In this document: positions 12,547 to 23,353 of the stretch, piece after piece
Layout of the letters: the number at the start of each line of letters is the position of its first letter
Position numbering within the stretch: the stretch's first letter is position 1
Assembly: GCF_003790525.1 (NCBI RefSeq)
Contig: NZ_CP033635.1
DNA length: 64,000 nucleotides
Reading direction: 5' to 3' (one strand)
Origin: Escherichia coli
GTDB taxonomy: Bacteria > Pseudomonadota > Gammaproteobacteria > Enterobacterales > Enterobacteriaceae
Program-made: the position numbers and the translations under genes
Notes under the pieces: model-generated
Databases searched by the model: none
What the model was told of the DNA's origin: nothing
The model's input: only the letters and a program-made list of their open reading frames with translations

Positions 12547-12753
12547 TGCACGCCACCATTCATCATCTGATTTATCTTTTATCGTCGCCAGTTCCGCAAC
12601 AATATCTGGAGATCTTCGCTGATATTTATATCAACCTTGATGAATTATGAATATATCGGAAATCGAAAAAATCCCAGCAAAGGAAATATTATTATGGGTT
12701 AAAGAGAGGACATTTCAGAAAAATGCCCTCCCGTTCAAGGGGAAGGCGAGGAA

Positions 12754-13038
12754 TTACAGATAGCGGCACAGATAAGAGGTGGGTTCGGCAACTTGCAGAT
12801 GAAACTCGCTGTGACCGGGAACATTAAACACCGAACCGGCTTCATACACTTGCCAGTCGGTCGCGTCAGGCAGTAACACATTCAGCGCGCCACTGATTAC
12901 CGTCATCTCTTCAGGCTCAGCGGTGCTGAAGGTGTATTCACCTTCAACCATAACACCCACGCTGGCGCGACCAGTGCTGCTGCTGGAAAAGCCGATCGAT
13001 TTCACTTTGCCGGAAAAGTACTCATTACTTTGAAGCAT
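12754..13038 (-). CDS. ppnP: Pyrimidine/purine nucleoside phosphorylase PpnP (YaiE, cupin-like)
   Basis: 94-aa [33 protein letters not shown]...; size and sequence match YaiE/PpnP. Confidence 0.85.
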
Positions 13039-13109
13039 AAACTGGCCCTGTCTGGTAGTTGAACATCTACTTCACTATAGGGGCCAGAGGCGCTGGCTGT
13101 CACGCAAAA

Positions 13110-13787
13110 TTACACCAGTAATTCCGCAGCCAGCCGTGCAATCAATACGTTAGAGAGCAAGACAGGAACATCGAGCTGTTTTTGCAGTAAATCGCGATGA
13201 CGCTGGTTAAATCCCAAACAATCCAGCATGATGACATCTGCACCTTTTGCCAGTAATTCTTTCCCGGCATCAATGATTTTTTGTTCCGAATCATGAATGG
13301 GGTTACCCAATGAAAATACTGGCGGTTTCTGCAAAATTTGCCATTTTTGCGCCTGAACGGTCAGCAACTCCTCAACCGGTACGATAACCCCCACCTGATG
13401 ATCTTCAACAATAGAGGAAACTAGCGGAGGCAATATTCGCGACGGCTCAAGAAAGATCGTATTACGCGCAGTCATACTACTAATGTTTGCTGTACTCATT
13501 AATAAAATGACGTCATAACCCTGATTATCGAGCACTTCAACCACACCTTGCAGGTCTCGTTCCACTTTGCGACGCGAAACATGGGCCAGCTGGTTGTCAT
13601 TTAATAATGTGAGAATTGTGTCTTCACCTGCTTCTGGCGCGTACTCCGCCATCACTTCTTCGCGGCTTAACTTCCCCAGCAGGCTATGATGGGAAATATT
13701 ATCTTCGTCAATGTATTCTGTCAGGAGCGGCAAAACTTCCTGCATAGGTACAATGCCGATGGTCAGGATCGCCAACGACGCACTCAT
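13110..13787 (-). CDS. aroM: AroM protein (function unknown)
   Basis: 225-aa ORF located downstream of aroL-yaiA as in E. coli. Confidence 0.82.
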   Translation of the reverse strand: MSASLAILTIGIVPMQEVLPLLTEYIDEDNISHHSLLGKLSREEVMAEYAPEAGEDTILTLLNDNQLAHVSRRKVERDLQGVVEVLDNQGYDVILLMSTANISSMTARNTIFLEPSRILPPLVSSIVEDHQVGVIVPVEELLTVQAQKWQILQKPPVFSLGNPIHDSEQKIIDAGKELLAKGADVIMLDCLGFNQRHRDLLQKQLDVPVLLSNVLIARLAAELLV

Positions 13788-14044
13788 TGTTCTTCCACCT
13801 TACTTTTATTTCGTCGTTAATTACCGGGCAAGCGCTAAGCACCACTGCTGACACTTACCTGTGCTACAAATGACAAAAAGCGTAGCAGCAGACCTGCACG
13901 GCATAATGTAAAGATTCCAAATGATTCCAGTAATGGATTGTTATTGTTTAATATTCTAATTATTTGAAAAACATGAATTGTGAAAAATGTGACGCAGATC
14001 CCTTGTGGTGGCACTCAGAATCCCTTCCGAGCAGTCTGATGCGG

Positions 14045-14245
<201 letters not shown>

Positions 14246-14285
14246 TTATTTCACGGGATGAACGTTAAGTATAGGCGCTCGAAAA

Positions 14286-14810
14286 TCAACAATTGATCGT
14301 CTGTGCCAGGGCGCTGCGAATTTCAGAAATCACCTGGCTGGGTTCGTTTGTTGCGTCGATGATAATATGCGCAACTTCGCGATATAGCGCATCGCGTTCT
14401 TCCAGCACTTCCTGAACTTCTTCGCTCAGCGGTTTCCCCGTTAAGGTTGGCCGTAAATCTTCTTCCGGTGCAGCTTGCAGTCGGTTAACCAGGACTGATA
14501 CTGGCGCACACAAATAAACCACGATCCCGTTATTTTGCATAAAGTGACGATTAAATTCCGTCAGGATAATGCCGCCGCCCGTGGCGATAACGGTGGATGG
14601 CGCAGTTACCGCTTCCAACGCCGCCGTTTCTCTGGCGCGGAATCCCGCCCACTCTTCCCTTTCGACGATCTCCGCGACCGTCATATTGAGCTGTGATTGC
14701 AACCACTGGTCGGTATCGACAAATCGACGGTTAAGCGAATCGGCAAGGGCCATTCCGACCGTTGTTTTACCACAGCCCCGAGGCCCGATCAGAAAAAGAG
14801 GTTGTGTCAT
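14286..14810 (-). CDS. aroL: Shikimate kinase II
   Basis: 174-aa ORF with P-loop [11 protein letters not shown]; shikimate kinase fold. Confidence 0.95.
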
Positions 14811-14859
14811 CGTGGGTTTTCCCCAATAGGTCGCAATGCGGCGAAAGCCGGTGTCATGA

Positions 14860-14990
14860 GAATAGCGATCATACCATCAAACTAGTACAATTTCGATTGT
14901 AAAGAAAAAATTCCACTTAAAGTGAAAATTTTAATACATCCCTTACTATACCAATAAATTTTCAAGAATGAAGTGTAAATAATAAATTAC
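14860..14990 (-). promoter_or_regulatory. aroL promoter region with candidate TyrR boxes
   Basis: TGTAAA-N6-TTTACA-like elements (e.g. tgtaaataataaattaca near 14965-14985; tgtaaag near 14900) upstream of aroL; placement not verified. Confidence 0.4.
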
Positions 14991-14992
14991 AT

Positions 14993-15451
14993 TTAGCCAC
15001 GACTACGTTGCACTTCCAGCCACCACTTCTCCAGCTCCGCGGCAAAGGCCTGGCGGTCACGTTGTGAAAGGCTATCTGGTCCCCCGGTCTGGATCCCACT
15101 GGCGCGTAAGGTATCCATAAAATCGCGCATCGTCAGGCGCTCACGAATGGTCGCTGGTGTGTAACGTTCGCCGCGAGGATTAAGCGCCGCCGCGCCTTTC
15201 TCGATGGCTTCAGCAGCCAAAGGTATATCTGCGGTGATCACCAAATCGCCCGCTTCACACTGCCGGACAATTTCGTTATCGGCAACGTCGAAACCTGCCG
15301 CGACGCGCAGCGTACGAATAAATCGCGATGGCGGCACGCGTAAACTCTGGTTTGCTACCAGTACCAGCGGCATCTGCATACGTTCCGCCGCGCGATACAA
15401 AATCTCTTTAATTACATTGGGACACGCGTCGGCATCCACCCAAATTGTCAT
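14993..15451 (-). CDS. yaiI: UPF0178 family protein YaiI
   Basis: ORF 14993-15571; start placed at [24 protein letters not shown]... (152 aa). Confidence 0.8.
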   Translation of the reverse strand: MTIWVDADACPNVIKEILYRAAERMQMPLVLVANQSLRVPPSRFIRTLRVAAGFDVADNEIVRQCEAGDLVITADIPLAAEAIEKGAAALNPRGERYTPATIRERLTMRDFMDTLRASGIQTGGPDSLSQRDRQAFAAELEKWWLEVQRSRG

Positions 15452-15570
15452 AAAGTCATCCTTTGTTGGGTAATCCTCTATTGTGTCGCGCTTTTGCCTT
15501 CCGGCATAGTTCTGTTTATGCTTCTGCCAGCGATTATCAAAACAATGAATTTCACGGCAGGAGTGAGGCA

Positions 15571-16380
15571 ATGGAAAAGAAAATCGGTTTTATTGGCTGC
15601 GGCAATATGGGAAAAGCCATTCTCGGCGGTCTGATTGCCAGCGGTCAGGTGCTTCCAGGGCAAATCTGGGTATATACCCCCTCCCCGGATAAAGTCGCCG
15701 CCCTGCATGACCAGTTCGGCATCAACGCCGCAGAATCGGCGCAAGAAGTAGCGCAAATCGCCGACATCATTTTTGCCGCCGTTAAACCTGGCATCATGAT
15801 TAAAGTGCTTAGCGAAATCACCTCCAGCCTGAATAAAGACTCTCTGGTCGTTTCTATTGCTGCAGGTATCACACTCGACCAGCTTGCCCGCGCGCTGGGC
15901 CATGACCGGAAAATTATCCGCGCCATGCCGAACACTCCCGCGCTGGTTAATGCCGGGATGACCTCCGTAACGCCAAACGCGCTGGTAACCCCAGAAGATA
16001 CCGCTGATGTGCTGAATATTTTCCGCTGCTTTGGCGAAGCGGAAGTAATTGCCGAGCCGATGATCCACCCGGTGGTCGGTGTGAGCGGTTCTTCGCCAGC
16101 CTACGTCTTTATGTTTATCGAAGCGATGGCCGACGCCGCCGTGCTGGGCGGGATGCCACGCGCCCAGGCGTATAAATTTGCCGCTCAGGCGGTAATGGGT
16201 TCCGCAAAAATGGTGCTGGAAACGGGAGAACATCCAGGGGCACTGAAAGATATGGTCTGCTCACCGGGAGGCACCACCATTGAGGCGGTACGCGTACTGG
16301 AAGAGAAAGGCTTCCGTGCCGCAGTGATCGAAGCGATGACGAAGTGTATGGAAAAATCAGAAAAACTCAGTAAATCCTGA
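15571..16380 (+). CDS. proC: Pyrroline-5-carboxylate reductase
   Basis: ORF 15463-16380; start placed at [20 protein letters not shown]... (NADP Rossmann motif); 269 aa. Confidence 0.95.
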   Translation: MEKKIGFIGCGNMGKAILGGLIASGQVLPGQIWVYTPSPDKVAALHDQFGINAAESAQEVAQIADIIFAAVKPGIMIKVLSEITSSLNKDSLVVSIAAGITLDQLARALGHDRKIIRAMPNTPALVNAGMTSVTPNALVTPEDTADVLNIFRCFGEAEVIAEPMIHPVVGVSGSSPAYVFMFIEAMADAAVLGGMPRAQAYKFAAQAVMGSAKMVLETGEHPGALKDMVCSPGGTTIEAVRVLEEKGFRAAVIEAMTKCMEKSEKLSKS

Positions 16381-16396
16381 TGACTTTTGCCGGACG

Positions 16397-17512
16397 TCAG
16401 GCCGCCACTTCGGTGCGGTTACGTCCGGCTTTCTTTGCTTTGTAAAGCGCCAAATCTGCCGATTTCAACCACTCACGATAGTGACTCATTTGTGGGTTCA
16501 GCGGCGCAACCCCCACACTAATCCGTAAAGTTACCTGTGGCGTATTCGGCAGACGTAATGTATTTAGCCCTTCATGCACTCGTAACATGGCGGTAATGGC
16601 GCTCTCAGCTGGCGTACCGGACATGATTACCGCAAACTCATCGCCGCCAAACCGACCAATCACATCGCTACCGCGCAGGGTTATTTGTAACTGTCGGGTA
16701 AGCGCCACAATCGCTTCATCGCCCACATCATGGCCCCAGGTATCGTTGATGCTCTTGAAATGGTCGATATCGATAATCAGTAATGTCGCATCGCGGTTAT
16801 GCCGCCGACAGTTATCAAATTCATTGCGTAACATAGTTTCCCAATGACGTCGGTTATACACGCCCGTCATACCGTCGCGGGTACTCATGACCTGCAACCT
16901 GCGTTTGTGTTCCGCCAGTTTAGTCGCCGTCTGGTAGCTGACCCAGCCAAACAGCAGAGGATAAATGACGATAATGGGAAGGGAGAGCCACCATTCCAGC
17001 GGCGCACTATTGAACGACACGGTGATGCCCGTCAGTTCGAGGGTGACAAGGCAGGAAACCACCATCAACACCAGACCCGCGACAAACAGACGGGGGCCGC
17101 CTGCCCCCATCAAATTCAGACACATAATCATCAACATCGCGGTGGAAGGCAGCACGTTTACGCCCATTACGCCTACCCACATTCCCGCTAATACTGCATC
17201 GGTTTTTAAGTTGTAAATTTCCCGGCTAAGCGGATCGACGGCCCTGCTCGCTATCTGCCAGGCTAAATGCGGCCAGACGAACGCCCAGCCGACCAACACC
17301 AGCCACCACCAGCCCGGCGGCGGGTGCGAAACCAGCGTTGAAGCAATCGGTAAGAACATGCCAGCCAGGCCAACCGCGCGGGGTAGTCTGACGCGACGAG
17401 CGAAGCGCAGCCCGGATCGCTGATGTTCGTTTTGAGGAGTTAAAGGAGGTTCCTCCCCATGCGCCGCCGCTTTTTTGAAAAAGTTTTCATCATTCATTAT
17501 TTTTGGGAACAT
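16397..17512 (-). CDS. dgcC: Diguanylate cyclase DgcC (AdrA/YaiC), MASE2 membrane domain + GGDEF
   Basis: 371-aa ORF with N-terminal TM helices and C-terminal GGDEF domain (RFGGDEF present). Confidence 0.9.
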   Translation of the reverse strand: MFPKIMNDENFFKKAAAHGEEPPLTPQNEHQRSGLRFARRVRLPRAVGLAGMFLPIASTLVSHPPPGWWWLVLVGWAFVWPHLAWQIASRAVDPLSREIYNLKTDAVLAGMWVGVMGVNVLPSTAMLMIMCLNLMGAGGPRLFVAGLVLMVVSCLVTLELTGITVSFNSAPLEWWLSLPIIVIYPLLFGWVSYQTATKLAEHKRRLQVMSTRDGMTGVYNRRHWETMLRNEFDNCRRHNRDATLLIIDIDHFKSINDTWGHDVGDEAIVALTRQLQITLRGSDVIGRFGGDEFAVIMSGTPAESAITAMLRVHEGLNTLRLPNTPQVTLRISVGVAPLNPQMSHYREWLKSADLALYKAKKAGRNRTEVAA

Positions 17513-17613
17513 TCAGAAACAATTTTCCCAAATTATAGAGACGGGGCTAAAGGCAGAAGTATGAAATTTCGGGTGAGCCATTTTCGTAGCTCACCCGTTA
17601 GCACTATCAGGTA

Positions 17614-17934
17614 TCAGGCGGCTTTCTTGAGGCAGGCGCTCATAAACTTATTACGATCATCACCTTTCAGAGATTGTTGCGTTGCTTGATTATTACATTC
17701 GCGCATCTTTTGCTGCTGTGGCGTCAAACTTTTTTCACCAGGCGCAGACTTGCTGTTCTTCAGGCAATCACTCATGTAGGTCTTACGAGCATCCCCTTTC
17801 AACGCCTGCGCCGTCGCCTGCTGATTACAGGAGGTCATACGCTGTTGTTGCGGGGTTAAGGTTCTCTCGGCAGCGCCGACGGTGGTTAAAAAAACCAGTC
17901 CGAAAAGCAAGGTAACCAGTAATGTTATTTTCAT
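17614..17934 (-). CDS. psiF: Phosphate starvation-inducible protein PsiF
   Basis: ORF 17614-17952; start placed at MKITLLVTLLFGLVFLTTVGA (signal peptide); two repeated MxxCNxQA..KGDxRxxxMSxCLK modules; downstream of phoA. Confidence 0.85.
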   Translation of the reverse strand: MKITLLVTLLFGLVFLTTVGAAERTLTPQQQRMTSCNQQATAQALKGDARKTYMSDCLKNSKSAPGEKSLTPQQQKMRECNNQATQQSLKGDDRNKFMSACLKKAA

Positions 17935-18009
17935 AGCACCATCCCTCTTCATGTTTTAACCATGAGCGTTTGCGCCCGTGATCTGCCATTAAGTCTGGTT
18001 GCTAACAGC

Positions 18010-18046
18010 AAAAAAACCACCCGACAGCGAAAATTCACCGCCGGGC
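18010..18046 (-). terminator. Rho-independent terminator after phoA
   Basis: Minus-strand hairpin (cccggcgg ... ctgtcggg, with G-U wobbles) followed by a T-run (plus-strand aaaaaaa at 18010-18016). Confidence 0.6.
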
Positions 18047-18052
18047 GCGGTT

Positions 18053-19468
18053 TTATTTCAGCCCCAGGGCGGCTTTCATGGTGTAGAAGAGATCGGTCTG
18101 GTCGGTCAGTCCAACGACATTGGCGGCATGTGGGCCATACGCTGCAATACGCAACTGACTGCCGGTATGTTCTTGTGAATCCTCTTCGGAGTTCCCGTAA
18201 CTCATCACCATCACTGCGCCATCTTTGGTATTTAGCGCCTGGGTGAGGCCCGGCGCTTTGGTGTCCGGCGCGACAATCTGGCTGGCGTGGGCGTGATCAG
18301 CGGTGACTATGACCAGCGTGTTGCCATCCTTTTTAGCGAATTCCAGCGCACGTTGTACGGCTTCATCGAGATCGACCGTCTCGCCAATTTGCCCACAAGG
18401 ATTCGCAGCGTGATCCTGTTTATCGATTGATGCACCTTCAACTTGCAGGAAAAAGCCTTTCTCATTTTTACTCAACAATTCAATGGCTTTGTCGGTCATC
18501 TGCGCCAGGGTCGGTACGCTGTCATTACGTTGCGGATTAGGCGTACAGGTAACTGCGGGCTTGTCGATATTGCCGTGGTACGTTGCTTTCGGTCCTAGCC
18601 AGCGCACTGGCATATTGCCGTCAGCAAACAGTCCTAATAGGGGTTTTTGCTGATTCGCTTCCGTCACCGAATTCAGTGAGGCAGCATCACTCACCAACTG
18701 ATAACCACGCGCCTGTGCCTGTTCACGCAGCGTTTTTCCCTGCCATTCACCGGCGGTTGCCGTTTCAGCAAAGGTTTTTGCGCCGCCGCCAAGCGTAACA
18801 TCGGCACGGGCGTTAAGCAGCTGTTCGGTAATCGATCCTTTTCCGCCTTTTTCCAGAGCGTTACCCGGACATTTTTCACTGGTCGCGCTCGGACCGTAGC
18901 ATTTGCGCGAGGTCACATGCGCCACCAGCGCAGCGGGCGTGGCATCCTGCAACTCTGCGGTAGAAACGTTACCGGTCGCCAGACCTGCGGCTTTTGCCAT
19001 TTCCAGAATCGTTGGGTGATCTTTTTCGTGAATATCGATGCCCAGCGCGCCGTTATAGGTTTTGACACCAGTTGACCAGGCGGTTGCTGATGCAGCCGAG
19101 TCGGTGACGTAGTCCGGTTTGCCGGTTTTTTTATTCAGCGCATAGTGAGTGTATTGCCCGGTAAGCGGTAAGGCATCGATACCTTTAAAAAAGCCGCCCG
19201 CACCTTCGGCATAATTGCGTGCGGCAGTAATTTCCGAGTCCCCCATCCCATCGCCAATCAGCAAAATAATATTTTTTGCAGGTTTATCGCTAAGAGAATC
19301 ACGCAGAGCGGCGGTCTGATCACCCGTTAAGCGGCGAGCACCGCCGGGCGCAGTAATATCGCCCTGAGCAGCCCGGTTTTCCAGAACAGGCATTTCTGGT
19401 GTCCGGGCTTTTGTCACAGGGGAAAACAGTAACGGTAAGAGTGCCAGTGCAATAGTGCTTTGTTTCAC
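18053..19468 (-). CDS. phoA: Alkaline phosphatase
   Basis: 471-aa ORF starting with GTG; [15 protein letters not shown] signal peptide; active-site region [12 protein letters not shown]. Confidence 0.97.
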   Translation of the reverse strand: MKQSTIALALLPLLFSPVTKARTPEMPVLENRAAQGDITAPGGARRLTGDQTAALRDSLSDKPAKNIILLIGDGMGDSEITAARNYAEGAGGFFKGIDALPLTGQYTHYALNKKTGKPDYVTDSAASATAWSTGVKTYNGALGIDIHEKDHPTILEMAKAAGLATGNVSTAELQDATPAALVAHVTSRKCYGPSATSEKCPGNALEKGGKGSITEQLLNARADVTLGGGAKTFAETATAGEWQGKTLREQAQARGYQLVSDAASLNSVTEANQQKPLLGLFADGNMPVRWLGPKATYHGNIDKPAVTCTPNPQRNDSVPTLAQMTDKAIELLSKNEKGFFLQVEGASIDKQDHAANPCGQIGETVDLDEAVQRALEFAKKDGNTLVIVTADHAHASQIVAPDTKAPGLTQALNTKDGAVMVMSYGNSEEDSQEHTGSQLRIAAYGPHAANVVGLTDQTDLFYTMKAALGLK

Positions 19469-19529
19469 TTTATTTTCTCCATGTACAAATACATTAAAAA
19501 TAAAAACAAAGCGACTATAAGTCTCGGCC

Positions 19530-19547
19530 GTGACAGCTTTATGACAG
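19530..19547 (-). promoter_or_regulatory. Pho box in the phoA promoter
   Basis: Minus-strand ctgtcataaagctgtcac (CTGTCAT direct repeats) upstream of phoA. Confidence 0.8.
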
Positions 19548-19567
19548 CTGTTGAAAAGATTAACTTT

Positions 19568-19828
19568 TTACTGACGAGGATGCTTCAATAACTTCTTTAC
19601 ATAATTGCGCAGCAGCTCCGTATCGTCGTCAGGAATGCTGGCATCGGGCTTTACCTCGTACAGCGCCCCCTCTACCTGATCAATCAACCTCTGTTGGTCA
19701 TTTTGCGCCATATTGCGAAGCATTGCAGTGACGATAATCTCCAAAGCTTCTACCTGCGCACACAGTTCTTTCGACTCTTCTTCTTTTTGGGCAAGCTTAA
19801 ATAACAACTCAGCAATGAGATTTTTCAT
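19568..19828 (-). CDS. iraP: Anti-adapter protein IraP (YaiB)
   Basis: 86-aa [40 protein letters not shown]...; coiled-coil small protein. Confidence 0.85.
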   Translation of the reverse strand: MKNLIAELLFKLAQKEEESKELCAQVEALEIIVTAMLRNMAQNDQQRLIDQVEGALYEVKPDASIPDDDTELLRNYVKKLLKHPRQ

Positions 19829-20290
19829 GTCTGTATTTCCTTATCCAAAGTATGGAGAAGTTAACATTATGTTTCACAACTTCATAGTGTCTGGAAGTAT
19901 TATTTTTATGACAAAGGAAATACTTTGCGCAAATATTTTTTGTTTGATTACCAGCGAAACGTTTCTCTTATTTTAATAATTACCCACACAAAATATAGGC
20001 TTTTAATTATCAACCTTTATTATAAATAAAAGTTATGAAATATATTCTCTTCGTTAACTTATAATTAAGAGAAAAAAACTCACTGCATGGCCATACAAGC
20101 CAGGAATAAATTAGCTTCCCGTTCATCATTTTTGTGATCTTGCGCACATCATTGAGATAACGCACTTTCTTCACCAGTACGTTGCACGCTTTGTCAGCAG
20201 AAGATTGCAACATTCTGTCAGAAGGCCGCGAATCCCCCGTTTTGTCGTGGTAATGTATGCACTTTGTGTTAGACGGGATAGGTTTTTAAG

Positions 20291-21385
20291 ATGGAAAAAC
20301 TGCGGGTAGGAATCGTTTTTGGTGGTAAATCAGCGGAACATGAAGTGTCTCTGCAATCGGCAAAAAACATTGTCGATGCCATTGATAAAAGTCGCTTCGA
20401 CGTTGTGCTGCTGGGCATTGATAAACAAGGGCAATGGCACGTCAGCGATGCCAGCAATTATCTGCTAAATGCAGACGATCCTGCCCATATTGCGTTGCGC
20501 CCTTCGGCGACCAGCCTTGCGCAGGTGCCTGGTAAACATGAACATCAGCTTATCGACGCGCAAAACGGTCAGCCGTTGCCGACGGTGGATGTCATTTTCC
20601 CGATTGTCCACGGTACGCTGGGCGAAGATGGTTCCTTGCAGGGAATGCTGCGGGTCGCCAATTTACCGTTTGTAGGTTCTGATGTTCTGGCTTCAGCGGC
20701 CTGTATGGATAAAGATGTCACCAAACGTCTGCTGCGCGATGCCGGGCTGAACATTGCGCCATTTATTACCCTGACGCGCGCTAATCGTCACAACATCAGT
20801 TTTGCCGAAGTGGAGTCTAAACTGGGGTTACCGCTGTTTGTAAAACCGGCTAATCAGGGCTCTTCTGTTGGTGTCAGCAAAGTAACCAGTGAAGAACAGT
20901 ACGCAATTGCCGTCGATCTGGCGTTCGAGTTCGACCATAAAGTGATCGTTGAGCAAGGGATCAAAGGTCGTGAGATCGAATGCGCAGTTCTGGGCAACGA
21001 CAATCCGCAAGCCAGCACCTGTGGCGAGATCGTACTCACCAGCGATTTCTATGCCTACGACACCAAGTACATTGACGAAGATGGCGCGAAAGTGGTTGTT
21101 CCGGCAGCCATTGCGCCAGAAATCAACGATAAGATCCGGGCGATTGCCGTTCAGGCCTATCAAACGTTGGGATGCGCAGGCATGGCGCGTGTAGACGTGT
21201 TTTTAACCCCAGAGAACGAAGTGGTGATCAACGAGATCAACACCCTGCCTGGCTTCACCAACATCAGTATGTATCCGAAGTTGTGGCAAGCCAGCGGTCT
21301 GGGTTACACCGACCTGATCACGCGTTTGATTGAGCTGGCGCTGGAGCGTCACGCTGCAGATAACGCACTGAAAACCACAATGTAA
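20291..21385 (+). CDS. ddlA: D-alanine--D-alanine ligase A
   Basis: 364-aa [29 protein letters not shown]...; ATP-grasp ligase. Confidence 0.95.
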   Translation: MEKLRVGIVFGGKSAEHEVSLQSAKNIVDAIDKSRFDVVLLGIDKQGQWHVSDASNYLLNADDPAHIALRPSATSLAQVPGKHEHQLIDAQNGQPLPTVDVIFPIVHGTLGEDGSLQGMLRVANLPFVGSDVLASAACMDKDVTKRLLRDAGLNIAPFITLTRANRHNISFAEVESKLGLPLFVKPANQGSSVGVSKVTSEEQYAIAVDLAFEFDHKVIVEQGIKGREIECAVLGNDNPQASTCGEIVLTSDFYAYDTKYIDEDGAKVVVPAAIAPEINDKIRAIAVQAYQTLGCAGMARVDVFLTPENEVVINEINTLPGFTNISMYPKLWQASGLGYTDLITRLIELALERHAADNALKTTM

Positions 21386-21391
21386 TATTCA

Positions 21392-21420
21392 AACGCCCGG
21401 TAATATTCTTATTGGGCGTT
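21392..21420. terminator. Bidirectional hairpin terminator between ddlA and yaiZ
   Basis: aacgccc ... gggcgtt stem (21392-21420) with flanking T-run; the yaiZ stop codon lies inside the loop. Confidence 0.5.
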
Positions 21421-21621
21421 TTCAGTTTCTTCATCGCGACGACGAATAATCAGCCCCGCCAGCCAGAAACTAATCACCCACGTCACCAGACCGACGGCAT
21501 AGGTCTGCCAACCTTTTGCTTCAAATCCCAATAAACCCACCACGCCATTAAGAATGAATATAAGGCCAATGGCGAACGCATAGTAGTGCCAGTCACGGCG
21601 GATTTTTACAGGCAAGTTCAT
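21409..21621 (-). CDS. yaiZ: Small inner-membrane protein YaiZ
   Basis: ORF 21409-21753; start placed at MNLPVKIRRDWHYYAFAIGLIFILNG... (70 aa, two predicted TM helices). Confidence 0.6.
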   Translation of the reverse strand: MNLPVKIRRDWHYYAFAIGLIFILNGVVGLLGFEAKGWQTYAVGLVTWVISFWLAGLIIRRRDEETENAQ

Positions 21622-21880
21622 GGCAGCTCCGTTAACGAAAAACAACATCCTTGCATATTCTGCAACATCCGTCTGTGGCGTAGACAACATTTCCGTAATT
21701 GTTAATAAATTTAACTTAAGGTTGTCATTTTGTGACTCACGACGAAGATTCACGCTTCGGGAATATTCCCAACATCAATTTACCATGATTCTGATATTGA
21801 CAATCTTAATGACCTGTCAGACTTGCCATAAGCCGCTGGTATCACACCAGAAGAGAAGCAGATGACTTCCGGAGGTTTTT

Positions 21881-22189
21881 ATGGCTGATTTCACCCTGTC
21901 AAAATCGCTGTTTAGCGGAAAATATCGCAATGCCTCTTCAACGCCTGGCAATATTGCCTATGCGTTGTTTGTGCTGTTTTGCTTTTGGGCTGGGGCGCAA
22001 TTGCTGAACCTGCTAGTGCATGCGCCCGGCGTCTATGAGCGTTTAATGCAGGTCCAGGAAACAGGTCGCCCACGGGTGGAAATTGGTTTAGGTGTCGGCA
22101 CCATTTTCGGGCTGATCCCGTTTTTAGTAGGCTGCCTCATTTTTGCAGTAGTGGCGTTATGGCTGCACTGGCGACATCGCCGCCAGTAA
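21881..22189 (+). CDS. yaiY: Inner-membrane protein YaiY
   Basis: 102-aa ORF with two hydrophobic helices; position matches yaiY. Confidence 0.7.
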
Positions 22190-22246
22190 GATTTACTTGC
22201 CAGATAGGACCTAAAACGCTTTATCTGGCATGACATTCCTGTTTGA

Positions 22247-23341
22247 TCACTGTTTCATACAACGCGCCCGCCGTTCGTCTACGCGCTTCGCAAACCAGGC
22301 CGTAGTCAGGTTGCGGGTGATTTTCGGGCTTTCCAGTTGAATGCCAGGCAACATTTCGCGGGGTAGTGATTTACCCGTTTTCGCTTCGGCAAGTTGATAA
22401 ACTTTCTTGTACAGCGCCGTCTCCTCAAAAGAGAAGCTGTCCCCTTTCTCTAACTGGCGGCGAATTTCACTGTCGCTCATCCCCAGTTTTCCCGCCAGTT
22501 TGCGCGTTGCCAGTTCGGTTTTCCCGGGCTCTTTACTGTCGTAACGAATTAAATCACCGTCCAGTGCCAGCTTCACGCCGCTGACCTTACTGACCGCGTT
22601 CTGAAACGCGGCATTACGGCTGGCGTACCAGCCAGCGTTAAAATCAGCAAAACGGTATATCGGCGCGCTATAGCTGGCGGGATAATTCAGTAAATGGTAA
22701 GTACCAAACCACAACCCGCCGCGACGACTGAAGACTTCCTGACGGACTGTACCGTCCATTTTCCACGGATACCCTTTGGTATGCTGTTCGGCAAAGGCAA
22801 TGCTGACCTGCATCGGCCCACCGGTGCGCACCGGATTAAGCGAACCAAACAACGTCTGCCCCATTGGCACCATGCTGATCAGATCGTCAAAAATCGCGCT
22901 CAATTGCTTTTCAGTACGCACCGAATCTAACCGTTCGCTATAGCTTTTGCCGTTTGGCGATTTGATTTTTAGCGCGGTATGCACCAGAAAAGCAGGAATG
23001 TGCATCCGTTCAGCACGACGGTCAATCTCTTGCCAGGCGATCTTGCTTAAGCCCGGAACGGCCGGATCTGCCTGATAATTTGACTCCTGCTGCGCCACCG
23101 CCAGCACCGAGCAGACGTTTTCCAGCGTCGGTGCCAGCCCCTGACTTTCAAACGTGGTGGCGAGATCTTTCGCCCAGGCATCGCGGTCTTTCACGCTCGC
23201 AGGCATCTTCTGCCGCACGACGCTCGCCACATCTATCGCTTTTTCGCCCTTTTTCAACGGTTGCGGAGCCTGACTACTACACCCCGCTAAAACCAGAACC
23301 GCCAACAATGACAGCGAAGATAGATGATTGACGCGCGACAT
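22247..23341 (-). CDS. yaiW: Outer-membrane lipoprotein YaiW
   Basis: 364-aa ORF with lipoprotein signal (LLAVLVLAGCSSQ lipobox); 12 bp downstream of sbmA, suggesting a sbmA-yaiW operon. Confidence 0.85.
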   Translation of the reverse strand: MSRVNHLSSLSLLAVLVLAGCSSQAPQPLKKGEKAIDVASVVRQKMPASVKDRDAWAKDLATTFESQGLAPTLENVCSVLAVAQQESNYQADPAVPGLSKIAWQEIDRRAERMHIPAFLVHTALKIKSPNGKSYSERLDSVRTEKQLSAIFDDLISMVPMGQTLFGSLNPVRTGGPMQVSIAFAEQHTKGYPWKMDGTVRQEVFSRRGGLWFGTYHLLNYPASYSAPIYRFADFNAGWYASRNAAFQNAVSKVSGVKLALDGDLIRYDSKEPGKTELATRKLAGKLGMSDSEIRRQLEKGDSFSFEETALYKKVYQLAEAKTGKSLPREMLPGIQLESPKITRNLTTAWFAKRVDERRARCMKQ

Positions 23342-23353
23342 TACTTCTCCTTT

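Noticed and set aside
15478-16233. 251-aa ORF antisense to proC
   Set aside because: Fully overlapped by the well-supported proC frame; typical GC-rich antisense open frame.
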